A stretch of 35,575 nt of DNA from an uncultured Actinomycetes bacterium (GTDB lineage: Bacteria > Actinomycetota > UBA4738 > HRBIN12): positions 1 to 35,575 of the forward strand of contig CAVPIB010000011.1 in NCBI GenBank assembly GCA_963704885.1, written 5' to 3'. Positions 1-8,866 of this stretch are shown one piece after another; position 1 is the first letter of the stretch; every line of letters begins with the position of its first letter. Position numbers and translations under genes: made by a program. Below the pieces are notes generated by a model that did not search any database, had not been told where the DNA came from, and worked only from the letters and a program-made list of their open reading frames with translations.

Positions 1-75
1 AAGGGGCTGCCGCCGCTCATCATCCGACCGTCTGGCTCCCTACAGGTCCACCCAAGCTCCGTTTTCTGTGTCTAG

Positions 76-276
76 TCAGCGATCGGGGCCCAGTTGGGGA
101 AGCCTGTCGTCGTTCGCGCGAGGTTCCTTGGAGACAACGGCTCCGCGGTACCGCCACGCTCGGATGCGTTGGCGAAGGCGGCGGGAAGGGAAGGACGAAA
201 GATGCCAGCGGTAGCGTTCGCGGTACCGCCACGCTCGGATGCGTTGGCGAAGGTGGGAGGGGAAGTTGATCAACAT
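76..276 (-). CDS. Small Arg/Trp-rich hypothetical peptide with an internal duplication (or a 3' gene remnant)
   Basis: 66-aa ORF containing FPSHLRQRIRAWRYR and FPSRRLRQRIRAWRYR; differences between the copies preserve this frame (3-nt indel, synonymous CCC/CCT). Confidence 0.4.
   Translation of the reverse strand: MLINFPSHLRQRIRAWRYRERYRWHLSSFPSRRLRQRIRAWRYRGAVVSKEPRANDDRLPQLGPDR
144..253. repeat. Perfect 35-bp direct repeat, two copies, 75-bp period
   Basis: cgcggtaccgccacgctcggatgcgttggcgaagg at 144-178 and 219-253. Confidence 0.95.
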
Positions 277-749
277 CTGAGAGAAGCGATTCTAGTCCCG
301 ATCCCCTGACCCGTCTAGGCTACCTTGTTGCACGTATCCCCCAGCAGGACCACGCCCAGTCTTCGTGTCCAGCGGGCTGGTCACCGCCATCATGATTCTG
401 GCGTCTCACGAGGAACTTGCACTTGACCGCAGACCCCAGGTCAGTATCGATGCCGCGGTGCCGGTCCGAAGACCCGTGCGCCCGTTCGATGATCGACCTT
501 GGGCGTTGGGTCACCGCTAGGTCGCACTCCCGAATGGTCGCCTCGTACACTCGGGCGGCTATGATCGCCGAGAGCTGGATGGCAGACGTTGCGGGCGTCG
601 CCGGACGCGCAGCGATGGCGAGGGCCCAATCAGCGGCAGCGTCCAGCTCGACAGCGACCAGGGAAAGGCCACGTGACACGGCAGGAGGCTCCCAGACGCG
701 AACTTTCCCGCCGACATCCTCCTTGCAGCGGCTGCGTGAGGGCCTGTTC

Positions 750-1455
750 ATGTGGGGAGCCAGTCTCATCGTGATACTGCCGCTCAGCGGTCTATCTGGC
801 TGCGCCGGACATGCATCACCCAGTCTCCGCCCGTCATCCTTTGTGAGTCCGTCACCCTCACCGAGTCTTCCCCGAAGCGGGGTACTCTTCGCGGACTCCT
901 TCGATCGCGTCGACGGCCCGCTCGGATCGCCCTGGGTCACCACGTCTTCGGCATGGGGCATCAGATCGAACAAGGCCAAGTTGCTGTCCGGTGCCTACAC
1001 GAGCACCTCGGGGACGGCGACCATCGACGTCGGCCAGGCGGATGTGACCGTCTCCGCGGACATCACCCTTTCGGCTACGCGCCAACGGTCCAACGCGGGT
1101 CTCACTCCGGGGTTCGTTGACTACCTCAATAACTTGTATTGCAAGATCGAGGTTCACGCAGGGCAATCCGAACGGACTGATGTCCATCGGCAGGAGGGTG
1201 GATGGCATGATTACTTCGCAGCTGGCTGCAAGGGAGAACGTTGGATTCGTGGCGGGTCGCACCTACCATGTCGTGTGCGCTAGGTCGGCCAACGTTGTGA
1301 CCATGATGGTCGGTGCTCGCGAGATTTCCTACTCACTCTCCCCAGCGGATCTGGCTTCGTTCGGCTCCACAACGATGGTTGGGTTTCGTTCGCACCTCGC
1401 TCCTGACGAGGACGATGGCGGTTCTGCATACGACAACTTCGAGGTGACGGCATGA
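750..1455 (+). CDS. Putative lipoprotein with ConA/LamG-like beta-sandwich domain; one frameshift near 1154
   Basis: Hydrophobic signal ending in LSGC lipobox, Ser/Pro linker, LFADSFDR...YDNFEVTA; ORFs 417-1283 and 1117-1455 join as CKIEV|TQGNPNG if one base of gaggttcacg is removed; start may be TTG 723. Confidence 0.65.
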
Positions 1456-1799
1456 GTTCGCACGAGGCTCTTCCAGCGTTAACGCGATTGACATCGAACT
1501 ATCGTCGGCGAAATTCGACGACCGGCTGGCGGACCGTGGGATCGTTCTATGGATCATGCTTCCCGAATGTCGAGAAGGCCAGGGTGTTCCATGACCAGAC
1601 GGGACCGAATCGCTTCCTCCTGCTCGAGGTCCCACGGGATGATCTTGCCCGCTAGGGGGGTCCTCTTGATCGCAGGGTCGAATCCCGTGTGGATCCTGCG
1701 TGATCCGCTCGTAGACGGTAGCCCTCCCGAACGCGCTGGCTGATCGATACGGAGAACGGTCGGCGGTCGCTGCCGTCGCCGTTGCCGTAGGATGCCTGC

Positions 1800-2054
1800 A
1801 TGCCTGACACACCTGGGAAGCGTCAGCGTCGCGAGGTCAAGGCCAGGAAGCGCTCGGCCAAGGATGAGCGTCGCAGCGCCCGTCAGATGCGCAGCGAGGA
1901 CCCCTCGTACGCATCTGTTTACGAGCAGACCTACCGCTTGAACGAAGACGCCGGATCGGGAGGCGACGCGGATCTTCCGATGAACTCGCCCGAGGACCAG
2001 TCGGGCGGCGACGGCGCGAAGACCGACGCACCGCCCGATGCCGGCACTCCGTAG
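1800..2054 (+). CDS. Small hypothetical protein, basic N-half and acidic disordered C-half
   Basis: 84-aa ORF; TAGGAT at 1788-1793 lies 6 nt before the ATG (leaderless pattern). Confidence 0.6.
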   Translation: MPDTPGKRQRREVKARKRSAKDERRSARQMRSEDPSYASVYEQTYRLNEDAGSGGDADLPMNSPEDQSGGDGAKTDAPPDAGTP

Positions 2055-2066
2055 GGTTTCGATCGG

Positions 2067-2279
2067 TTATTGCGGGAGCGACTGAACCTGGCGCGCCGTA
2101 AGCCGGGTGGTGGTGGGCGCAACGCGCAGACCTGCCATCCCGATCGGGGCCGCGACCCAATCCGGGCGCTTCAGCAATTCGACCGAAAGGCGTCCCTCAC
2201 CGTCCTCCGAGACACGGATTATGGTTCCATGCTCGGTCTTGTAGACACCGTCCTTGGTCACCGACCCAGGATACGTCAT
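2067..2279 (-). CDS. Small hypothetical protein
   Basis: MTYPGSVTKDGVYKTEHGTIIRVSEDG..., protein-like beta pattern, 20 nt downstream of the cNMP-binding gene. Confidence 0.6.
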   Translation of the reverse strand: MTYPGSVTKDGVYKTEHGTIIRVSEDGEGRLSVELLKRPDWVAAPIGMAGLRVAPTTTRLTARQVQSLPQ

Positions 2280-2299
2280 TTGCCTTCGCGGCAGCACGC

Positions 2300-2735
2300 T
2301 CAGGTGGCCATCCAGGCGTCGATCCGCTGTTCGACCTCACGCAGGCGGGCCACCAAGGCCTTCATCATGGAGATCGCCACGCTCGGATGATCTAGCAGGA
2401 ACGACTGGAACGCATCGACCGGGATCCTAAGCGCCTCGACCGCTTCGGTGGCCTTCACCGTAGCCATGCGCTTGCCCTGGCTTATCAGCGCCATCTCCCC
2501 GAAGAACTCACCCGGCCCCAGGCGGTGGAATCGCCCGCCCACGTCGACCTCGGCCACGCCCGCGGTGATGAGATACATCGCATCGCCCACCGCGCCTTGC
2601 TCGACGAGCGTCTCGCCCGAGGCGAACGATACCTGGTTGTCCTACCCGCAGGATCCCGTCCAGATCCTCGGGCGGCAGATCCGCGAAGAAGGGCGCGCTC
2701 CGCAAGGCCTGCATCTGGGCGGTGGGCTCGCTCAT
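2300..2735 (-). CDS. Stand-alone cyclic nucleotide-binding domain protein; frameshift near 2632
   Basis: LRSAPFFADL...RVGQP|VSFASGETLVEQG..GDAMYLI..G..EV; FFGEMALI...RMATVKA phosphate-binding cassette; GAGGAG RBS before ATG 2735. Confidence 0.85.
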
Positions 2736-2800
2736 CTGTATCACTCCTCACTCTAGTCCTAGGTGGTGCCCGGTATCGTAGTCACCGAGAAGGGGGGCGC

Positions 2801-3142
2801 GTGACGGAACCGCAGAGCGGTGGGTGGGAGCCCGCGGTCGCTGTGGATCAGCTGACCGAGGCCAAGGCGAGCCGCGTGCAAGTAGCGGGCGCCGATGTCT
2901 TGGTGATGAAGGTTGGCGAGTTGGTCTTCGCGGTCGGCAACCGATGCACGCACCAGGGAGCGCCACTCGACCGCGGAGTCATCAAGGCGTCCGACTCGGT
3001 TCCTACGGTGACCTGCCCCGCGCACGGCAGCGTGTTCTCCCTCATCGACGGCGGTGTTCGCCGGGGTCCGGCGTCACAGCCGGTGCCAGCCTTCGAGACG
3101 CGTCTGAACGAGGGGATCGTAGAGATCAGACTCCGAGACTGA
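2801..3142 (+). CDS. Rieske [2Fe-2S] ferredoxin
   Basis: NRCTHQGAPL and TCPAHGSVF (CxH / CxxH ligands); GTG at 2801 after a purine-rich RBS. Confidence 0.9.
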   Translation: MTEPQSGGWEPAVAVDQLTEAKASRVQVAGADVLVMKVGELVFAVGNRCTHQGAPLDRGVIKASDSVPTVTCPAHGSVFSLIDGGVRRGPASQPVPAFETRLNEGIVEIRLRD

Positions 3143-3146
3143 TCGT

Positions 3147-3653
3147 TCAGGCCAGGTCGCGGGGCCGCACGAACCGGATCAAGCGGCCCGATCCTTCCTC
3201 CAGGTCTCCCCAGGTGCTCCCGCCTACTTCGATCTCGGCAAGGGCACCCGTGGGGTACTTCTCGGCCATCACGGCGAGCGCCTCACCCGATCCCGCCACG
3301 CCGAGCGCCAACCCGTGGATCGCTGGGTTGTGCCCGACGATCATCACTGGCTCCGAGATCCCGCCGATCTCACGGACCCGCGCCAACAGCACGGTCTGGT
3401 CGAAGGTATAAAGCTCCGGCTCGAGCCGGATGTCGGGCGCACCGTTGAAGGCGGGCGCTACGAGGTCCAGCGTCCTGCGTGCGCGCAGGGCCGTCGAGCA
3501 TAGGACCAGCGCCGGTGCCAGACCCTCGCCCTGGAGGTGTCGACGCATGCGTTCTGCGTCCTTCTCGCCGCGAGGGGACAACGCTCGATCGTGATCGTCC
3601 AGGTCGGGTCGATCCCAGGCAGACTTCGCGTGACGGAGAAGCCACAGACGCAT
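3147..3653 (-). CDS. sixA: Phosphohistidine phosphatase, SixA family
   Basis: LLRHAKS, S-x-A-x-RA-x-x-T and VGHNP motifs. Confidence 0.9.
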   Translation of the reverse strand: MRLWLLRHAKSAWDRPDLDDHDRALSPRGEKDAERMRRHLQGEGLAPALVLCSTALRARRTLDLVAPAFNGAPDIRLEPELYTFDQTVLLARVREIGGISEPVMIVGHNPAIHGLALGVAGSGEALAVMAEKYPTGALAEIEVGGSTWGDLEEGSGRLIRFVRPRDLA

Positions 3654-3683
3654 GCAGGAGATTCAACCACGGGTGGACAGCAA

Positions 3684-3710
3684 GGAGCCCGGCGCGTAGC
3701 GCCGGGCTCC
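3684..3710 (-). terminator. Intrinsic terminator-like hairpin downstream of cspA
   Basis: ggagcccggcgc-gta-gcgccgggctcc, 12-bp perfect stem with a short T-containing tail. Confidence 0.7.
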
Positions 3711-3734
3711 CTCTTCAGTTCTGCGTCGGGCCGC

Positions 3735-3938
3735 TTAAACGGCCTTGACGTTCGCGGCCTGCGGGCCTTTCTGGCCCTGCGTCACGTCGTACTCGACGCG
3801 CTGCCCCTCATCGAGGTTGCGGTAACCCTCGCCGGCGATCGCGCTGAAGTGTACGAACACATCTGCGCTGCCATCCTCGGGTGTGATGAAGCCGAACCCC
3901 TTCTCGGAGCTGAACCACTTCACTGTTCCGGTTGCCAC
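3735..3938 (-). CDS. cspA: Cold-shock protein
   Basis: GTVKWF, KGFGFI (RNP1), DVFVHFSAI (RNP2), KGPQAANV. Confidence 0.97.
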   Translation of the reverse strand: MATGTVKWFSSEKGFGFITPEDGSADVFVHFSAIAGEGYRNLDEGQRVEYDVTQGQKGPQAANVKAV

Positions 3939-4066
3939 TGGCGATCCCTCCTTCCTTCGCCGTCCGAGCCTTGTAGCTGCCCATCAGGCGCCGGCGTGAC
4001 ATCCGCCGGTGTGAGGGAACTGCTCGTAGCGAACCGCGACCAAAACCCTCGCCGGTAACGCTAACA
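3939..4066 (-). promoter_or_regulatory. Extended -10 promoter and ~110-nt cspA 5' UTR
   Basis: TGT-TAGCGT on the minus strand at 4066-4058; long leaders are typical of cold-shock genes. Confidence 0.45.
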
Positions 4067-4123
4067 GAAGCGGCCCAGTCAAGCTCGCGAGGATGGGGTC
4101 TTCTTGGGGGTACTCTGTCCCGC

Positions 4124-4780
4124 GTGGAAGCCCCTGTCGAAGAGTCGTCCAAACCACAGATGCGCGGGCGGTTGCATCAGGTTGCTTTCTTCGTCTCGGT
4201 GCCAGCCGGCATAGCCCTCGTGGCGCTCAGCCACACGGGGAGGGCTCGCCTGGCCGCCGCGATCTTCGCCGTCGGGTTGGCGGGTGTCTTCGGGGCCAGC
4301 GCCGCATACCATCGGGTCGCATGGACCGATCCAGCTCGAAGGCGAATGAAGCGCCTGGACCACTCGATGATCTTCATCCTGATCGCCGGGACATACACGC
4401 CGTTCTGCCTACTCGCCATGAGTGGAGCGTGGAGCGTGGCACTTCTCGCGACGGTCTGGGCCGGCGCGATCTTGGGGATCGTCCTCAAGCAGGTGGACGT
4501 CGATGGGTTGTCGCGTACCAGTGGGTTCCTCTACATCGCGCTCGGATGGGCCGTGATCGTGGCCCTGCCCAAGTTCTTCGACAGCTTGAGCACCGGGGGT
4601 TTCGTCTTGGTCGTCGCCGGGGGGCTCCTCTATACGCTGGGCGCGATCGTGTTCGCCACCAAGCGTCCTGATCCCAACCCCTCCGTCTTCGGCTATCACG
4701 AGATCTGGCACGCGTTCACGGCCGGAGCCGGGGCGTGTCACTACGCGGCGGTTCTCCTGCTGGTGCTCGCGGTCCGCTGA
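4124..4780 (+). CDS. Hemolysin III / PAQR family membrane protein
   Basis: KP.MRG.LH, SAAYH, RLDHSMIF.LIAGTYTP, GYHEIWH; TACTCT 7 nt before GTG. Confidence 0.93.
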   Translation: MEAPVEESSKPQMRGRLHQVAFFVSVPAGIALVALSHTGRARLAAAIFAVGLAGVFGASAAYHRVAWTDPARRRMKRLDHSMIFILIAGTYTPFCLLAMSGAWSVALLATVWAGAILGIVLKQVDVDGLSRTSGFLYIALGWAVIVALPKFFDSLSTGGFVLVVAGGLLYTLGAIVFATKRPDPNPSVFGYHEIWHAFTAGAGACHYAAVLLLVLAVR

Positions 4781-4787
4781 TCCCGGA

Positions 4788-5642
4788 TCAGTCGAACGCG
4801 TACTGATCAACGTCCGACACGGGCTCGTATCCCACGCGCTGATAGATGCTGTTGGATGTCGGGTTGTCCAGGTCCGTGAACAGGAAACAGAAGCGGATGT
4901 CGCGGTCGAGTAGCATCGCCGTCATCTGCCCGACGAGCGCGCTGGCATACCCCAGGCCTCGGAGCGCCGGCGGGGTGTACACGGGGCCCACCCTGATCCC
5001 GTTGGGCGTCGGGTCGCCGAACCCCGCGAGCGACACGGGCGAACCACGGTCTTCCCAGAGCACGAGGCCGCCGTCCGGGTCCTCGATCCGTCGATCCAAG
5101 AGCACGGCGGGCGGTTCGTGCACGGTCTCGCGTGGCAGAGCCTCGGCGATGAACGCGTCCAGCCACTCGATGACCATGCTGCGATCGCCGCTCCGGTAAG
5201 GGCGCATGAGACCCGATACCCCGCTAGGCGGGTGCGCGGCGGAGGCGCGATAGATCCGATTCGTCATGGTGCGATGCGAGCCAACCCCTGTGAGCTGGCG
5301 CCATGACTCCGTGAACGCCCGGGCGACCTCCTTCGGGCCTAACACGCCCGGCAGTGAGACCAAGGCGTCGTGAGCGTCCCTGGCGAGTGCGTCGATCGCA
5401 GCGGGAGCGACGATCTCGGACAGGATCAGGTTGTGGGGAGGTGTCCGGAATCCGATCGCCACGACGCCATCACCCTCCACGGCGACGGCCAGGTAAGGGG
5501 GCTCCGCGTACGCGTGAGGATCGGCGGCGAGCCGCGAGCACAGCCCCAGGATCAGGTTGTGTTCTGCCTCTCGCTCGGCCAGGAACCCGCCGCCGATCGC
5601 GAGGAACGACCGGAGGTCGGCGGGCCGGCGGACCGTGATCAT
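4788..5642 (-). CDS. GNAT family N-acetyltransferase
   Basis: VGPVYTPP..RGLGYAS, LFTDL.NPTSNSIYQRVGY; start moved to ATG 5642 (TATCCT 6 nt upstream). Confidence 0.9.
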   Translation of the reverse strand: MITVRRPADLRSFLAIGGGFLAEREAEHNLILGLCSRLAADPHAYAEPPYLAVAVEGDGVVAIGFRTPPHNLILSEIVAPAAIDALARDAHDALVSLPGVLGPKEVARAFTESWRQLTGVGSHRTMTNRIYRASAAHPPSGVSGLMRPYRSGDRSMVIEWLDAFIAEALPRETVHEPPAVLLDRRIEDPDGGLVLWEDRGSPVSLAGFGDPTPNGIRVGPVYTPPALRGLGYASALVGQMTAMLLDRDIRFCFLFTDLDNPTSNSIYQRVGYEPVSDVDQYAFD

Positions 5643-5679
5643 GGCGCCAGGATACGGAGGTCGCTCGTAGACTCGACCC

Positions 5680-6072
5680 GTGCAAGGAGACGCCACGCTC
5701 TACGAGGCCGTGGGCGGGATGCCTTTCTTCGAGGCTCTGGTGGATCGGTTCTACGACGGGGTCGCGAAAGACCCTGAGCTGTTGCGGCTCTACCCCGAGC
5801 CCGAGGATCTGTCCGAGGCCCGACGCAAGCTGGCGCTCTTCCTCGGGCAATACTGGGGCGGTCCACCTGCCTACTCTCAGGAGCGGGGGCACCCTGCGCT
5901 TCGGATGCGCCACGCGCCGTTTCCTATCGGCACCGACGAGAGGGATCGCTGGCTCTCTCACATGCTCGCGGCGGTCGACGAGATGGGACCTCAGGCAGAC
6001 ATCGCCCAGGCGCTCCGCGGCTATCTGCAGGTGGCCGCCGACTCTTTGAGGAACGTGGACGACGGGCCGTGA
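5680..6072 (+). CDS. glbO: Group II truncated hemoglobin
   Basis: TLYEAVGG..F..LV.RFY, FLGQYWGGP..YS.ERGHP.LRMRH.PF.I...ERD.W. Confidence 0.93.
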   Translation: MQGDATLYEAVGGMPFFEALVDRFYDGVAKDPELLRLYPEPEDLSEARRKLALFLGQYWGGPPAYSQERGHPALRMRHAPFPIGTDERDRWLSHMLAAVDEMGPQADIAQALRGYLQVAADSLRNVDDGP

Positions 6073-6076
6073 TGCG

Positions 6077-7048
6077 CTACTGGTACCGAACGCGCGGGTC
6101 CAGGAACGCATAGGTCACGTCGACCACCAGGTTCGCCACGGCGATGAAGAGAGCCCCGAGCACAGTGACCCCCATGACCATCGGGAAATCGTTCGTTCCG
6201 ATGGACTTGACGGCGAGTTGTCCGATGCCCGGCAGGCCGAACAGCGTCTCGGTGATGAAGAGTCCCCCGATCACGGTGGCGAGGTCGAGCCCGAGCATGG
6301 TCACGACCGGCGTGAGTGCCCCTCGTAGGCTGTGTTTGAAGATGACCCGCCTCTCCGACAAGCCCTTGGATCGAGCCGTTCGGATGTAGTCGTCGCTCAT
6401 GGTCTCGATCATGTTCCCGCGCACCATGCGGGCGTAGAACGCGGCGTACCCGACCGCGACCGTGATCCACGGCAGGATGAACTTCCCTTGGAGGATCGAT
6501 TCCCAGATGCTGGCGCCCACTTCGAGTCCGCTCGAAGGCGCGATCTGCAGCTTGAACCAGAACACGTAGAGGAGAAGTTGTCCAAGCCAGAAGACCGGCA
6601 TGGACACGCCGGCGATGGCGAAGAGCATGGCCGCCCGGCTTGAGAACGATCGACGGCGGATCGCGGAGAGGATCCCGATAGGGATGCCCATCATCAGCCA
6701 GATCGCGGCCGCTCCTAGGCCGAGCGTCACGGAGACCGGCAAGCGCCGTGCGATCTCCTCCTTCACCGGGATGAAGTTGCCGTATGAGTAGTAGACGCCC
6801 TCGGACAGGAAGAACCCGGGCCACGGGATCAGCCCTTTCGCGAAGCGTGCGTATTGGACCCACACCGGTTTGTCCAGTCCGAATGCGCTGCGGGCGTTGG
6901 CGATCTGCTCGGGCGTCGAGGTCTTGCCGGCCGCCCGGCGGGCGGGGTCGCCCGCGGGCAGCTTCACGAAGATCAGGAACGTGAGCAGCGATACGACGAG
7001 AAGCACGAGGATCATGAAGAGGGTCCGGCGCACCAGATACCTGCCCAC
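6077..7048 (-). CDS. Peptide/nickel ABC transporter permease, OppB/DppB type (orphan)
   Basis: PAGDPA, GLDKP..VQY, DYIRTARSKGLSE (EAA loop), ITETLFG.PGIG, D..YAFLDPR. Confidence 0.93.
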   Translation of the reverse strand: MGRYLVRRTLFMILVLLVVSLLTFLIFVKLPAGDPARRAAGKTSTPEQIANARSAFGLDKPVWVQYARFAKGLIPWPGFFLSEGVYYSYGNFIPVKEEIARRLPVSVTLGLGAAAIWLMMGIPIGILSAIRRRSFSSRAAMLFAIAGVSMPVFWLGQLLLYVFWFKLQIAPSSGLEVGASIWESILQGKFILPWITVAVGYAAFYARMVRGNMIETMSDDYIRTARSKGLSERRVIFKHSLRGALTPVVTMLGLDLATVIGGLFITETLFGLPGIGQLAVKSIGTNDFPMVMGVTVLGALFIAVANLVVDVTYAFLDPRVRYQ

Positions 7049-7206
7049 GTGCGCAGGGTGCCTCAGGCTAAGGCTGCGCGCTAGCGGTTCCTTGCCGAAG
7101 CGGAGGGTCTGCCCATATCAGTGGCAAGGAACCGCCAAAGCGTCAGCTCTCCGCCCGTCGACCGATCGCCCGCCCACCGCGGCAGAGGGGACCGGCTCGC
7201 GGGAGC

Positions 7207-7956
7207 CTACCCGAGGTCGCCCGCGCTCGCTGCGATCGACTCGCGACCCTCCCGGAGGGCGATGATCGCGAATCCGACCAGGGCGATCGCGGCGAAGATG
7301 AACCACTGCACCGCGTAGCTGAGATGGGGCCCTTGGCCGAGTTCCGGTAGTGGGGCAGGGACGGGGAGCGTCCCTGGCTGGCCGGTCGATCCACCTTGGC
7401 GCAGCAGGTAGACGGGCGCGACGCGGTAGGGGAGCTGCGCCTGGATCCGGGCCAGGTCCACCCGGGCCAGCGTGTCCAAGCGCTCGTTCGCCGCGCCGAC
7501 CTGACCGGGCGGACCACCTTCGGACGCGAAGAGCACACCCTCGATCTCGACCCGTCCGCTCGGCGGTGGCGCTTCAGATGGGTCGGCACCGAACGGGATC
7601 CATCCACGGTCGACGATCAGGGCGAGATCGTCATCGATGACGAGGGGCGTCAACAGGTGACTCCCCGGACGTCCATCCTGGGTGCGACCGTAGAGCTCGA
7701 TCTGATTCTCCGCGTCGTAACTCCCGGTCGCCGTCACGCGCCTGAACCGCACCGAGTCGGGATCGACGTCGGCGGTCACGAGGTCCGTCAAGGGTCGGGT
7801 GCCTTCAGCCAGACCGGAGCTCACGGCCGCGTTGAACTGCTGCTTCTGATGGAGGCGGGCGATCTGCCAGAAGCCGAGTGCAACGCACGCTATCGCTACG
7901 GCGATCGCGAACGCGAACAAGACGCCGAGGCGCCTCGACCACGCGATCCGAGCCAT
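7207..7956 (-). CDS. SURF1 family protein
   Basis: LGFWQIAR, FRRVTATG.Y, LLTPL, VDRGWIP, HLSYAVQWF; start at ATG 7956. Confidence 0.92.
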   Translation of the reverse strand: MARIAWSRRLGVLFAFAIAVAIACVALGFWQIARLHQKQQFNAAVSSGLAEGTRPLTDLVTADVDPDSVRFRRVTATGSYDAENQIELYGRTQDGRPGSHLLTPLVIDDDLALIVDRGWIPFGADPSEAPPPSGRVEIEGVLFASEGGPPGQVGAANERLDTLARVDLARIQAQLPYRVAPVYLLRQGGSTGQPGTLPVPAPLPELGQGPHLSYAVQWFIFAAIALVGFAIIALREGRESIAASAGDLG

Positions 7957-7960
7957 GCGG

Positions 7961-8728
7961 CTAGGCGCCCTTGATCTCCTGGATGATGTTGCCTCCGTCG
8001 ACCACGATCGACTGACCGGTGACGTAACTGGCACGCTCCGAAGCCAAGAACGCGATGACCGCGGCAACCTCGTCGGGCGTGCCCGATCGGCCGATAGGGG
8101 TGTGTCGCCCCGCCTCCGCCTCGTTCGCTGTCTGGGACCCCGTCGCGATCCACCCGGGCGCCACCGAGTTCACCGTTACTCCGTATGCCGCCACGTCTAT
8201 CGCCACGGCCCTCATGAGCCCGTCCATCCCCGCCTTGGCCGCGGCGTAGCCGGCGGCGCCCGGCATGGTGGCGTACGGTCCGGTCACGGAGGAGACCATC
8301 ACCACGCGACCCCAACCTCGGGCGACCATCCCTGGAACCGTACCCCGCGTAACCTGATAGGCCGTCCCGAGATTCATCGCGAGATCGGCCTCCCAGGCTT
8401 CGTCGGGGAGGTCGAGGAAGCTGGTTGTCTCCCAACCAGGCATGTCCACCGTCACCATGCCGGCGTTGTTGACCAGTACATCGATCCTTTTGAACCGGTC
8501 GAGTACGGCCGCCAGCAGGTCGGCTACCTGTTGCGGGTCCGTGAGATCGGCGACGAACCCCTGGCTGGCCGCTCCCAGTTGGGCAAGCTCGGCGGCTCGT
8601 TCGTGGATCCTGTCGGTGGTTGAAGCGATAGCGAGGCTGGCGCCTTCTTCCGCGAGGGCCTGTGCCGCCGCGAACCCGATGCCCGACGCGCTCCCCGCAC
8701 CCGTAACGAGCGCCACCCGATCGTTCAC
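7961..8728 (-). CDS. SDR family NAD(P)-dependent oxidoreductase (FabG/UcpA-like)
   Basis: VALVTGAG...GIG, LVNNAG, YAAAK, VNSVAPGWI.T, VDGG. Confidence 0.93.
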   Translation of the reverse strand: MNDRVALVTGAGSASGIGFAAAQALAEEGASLAIASTTDRIHERAAELAQLGAASQGFVADLTDPQQVADLLAAVLDRFKRIDVLVNNAGMVTVDMPGWETTSFLDLPDEAWEADLAMNLGTAYQVTRGTVPGMVARGWGRVVMVSSVTGPYATMPGAAGYAAAKAGMDGLMRAVAIDVAAYGVTVNSVAPGWIATGSQTANEAEAGRHTPIGRSGTPDEVAAVIAFLASERASYVTGQSIVVDGGNIIQEIKGA

Positions 8729-8754
8729 AGGCTATCTCTACCAGAACCCATCGC

Positions 8755-8782
8755 TCCAGTTCCGAGCGCCGGATGCCGATGT
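8755..8782 (+). promoter_or_regulatory. Candidate sigma28 (WhiG/FliA/SigD-type) promoter of flp
   Basis: TCCA-N16-GCCGATGT versus consensus TAAA-N15/16-GCCGATAA. Confidence 0.55.
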
Positions 8783-8866
8783 TCACGCTAAGACGGCGCA
8801 CAGGGCCGCCCAACCCCCGGGCGGCCCGACGTGCCGGATTCCCTACCTATCGGAGGGGGTGTGTGG

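Noticed and set aside
144-253. Mini CRISPR array (35-bp repeats, 40-bp spacer)
   Set aside because: Only two copies, no cas genes, similarity runs on into the flanks, and the period and variation fit a coding duplication
320-979. 219-aa minus-strand ORF
   Set aside because: Overlaps the lipoprotein antisense and has no recognisable motifs
8795-8840. c-di-GMP-I riboswitch before flp (GCACAGGGC)
   Set aside because: Lacks the GGCAAAC, GAAA tetraloop and GCAAAG elements
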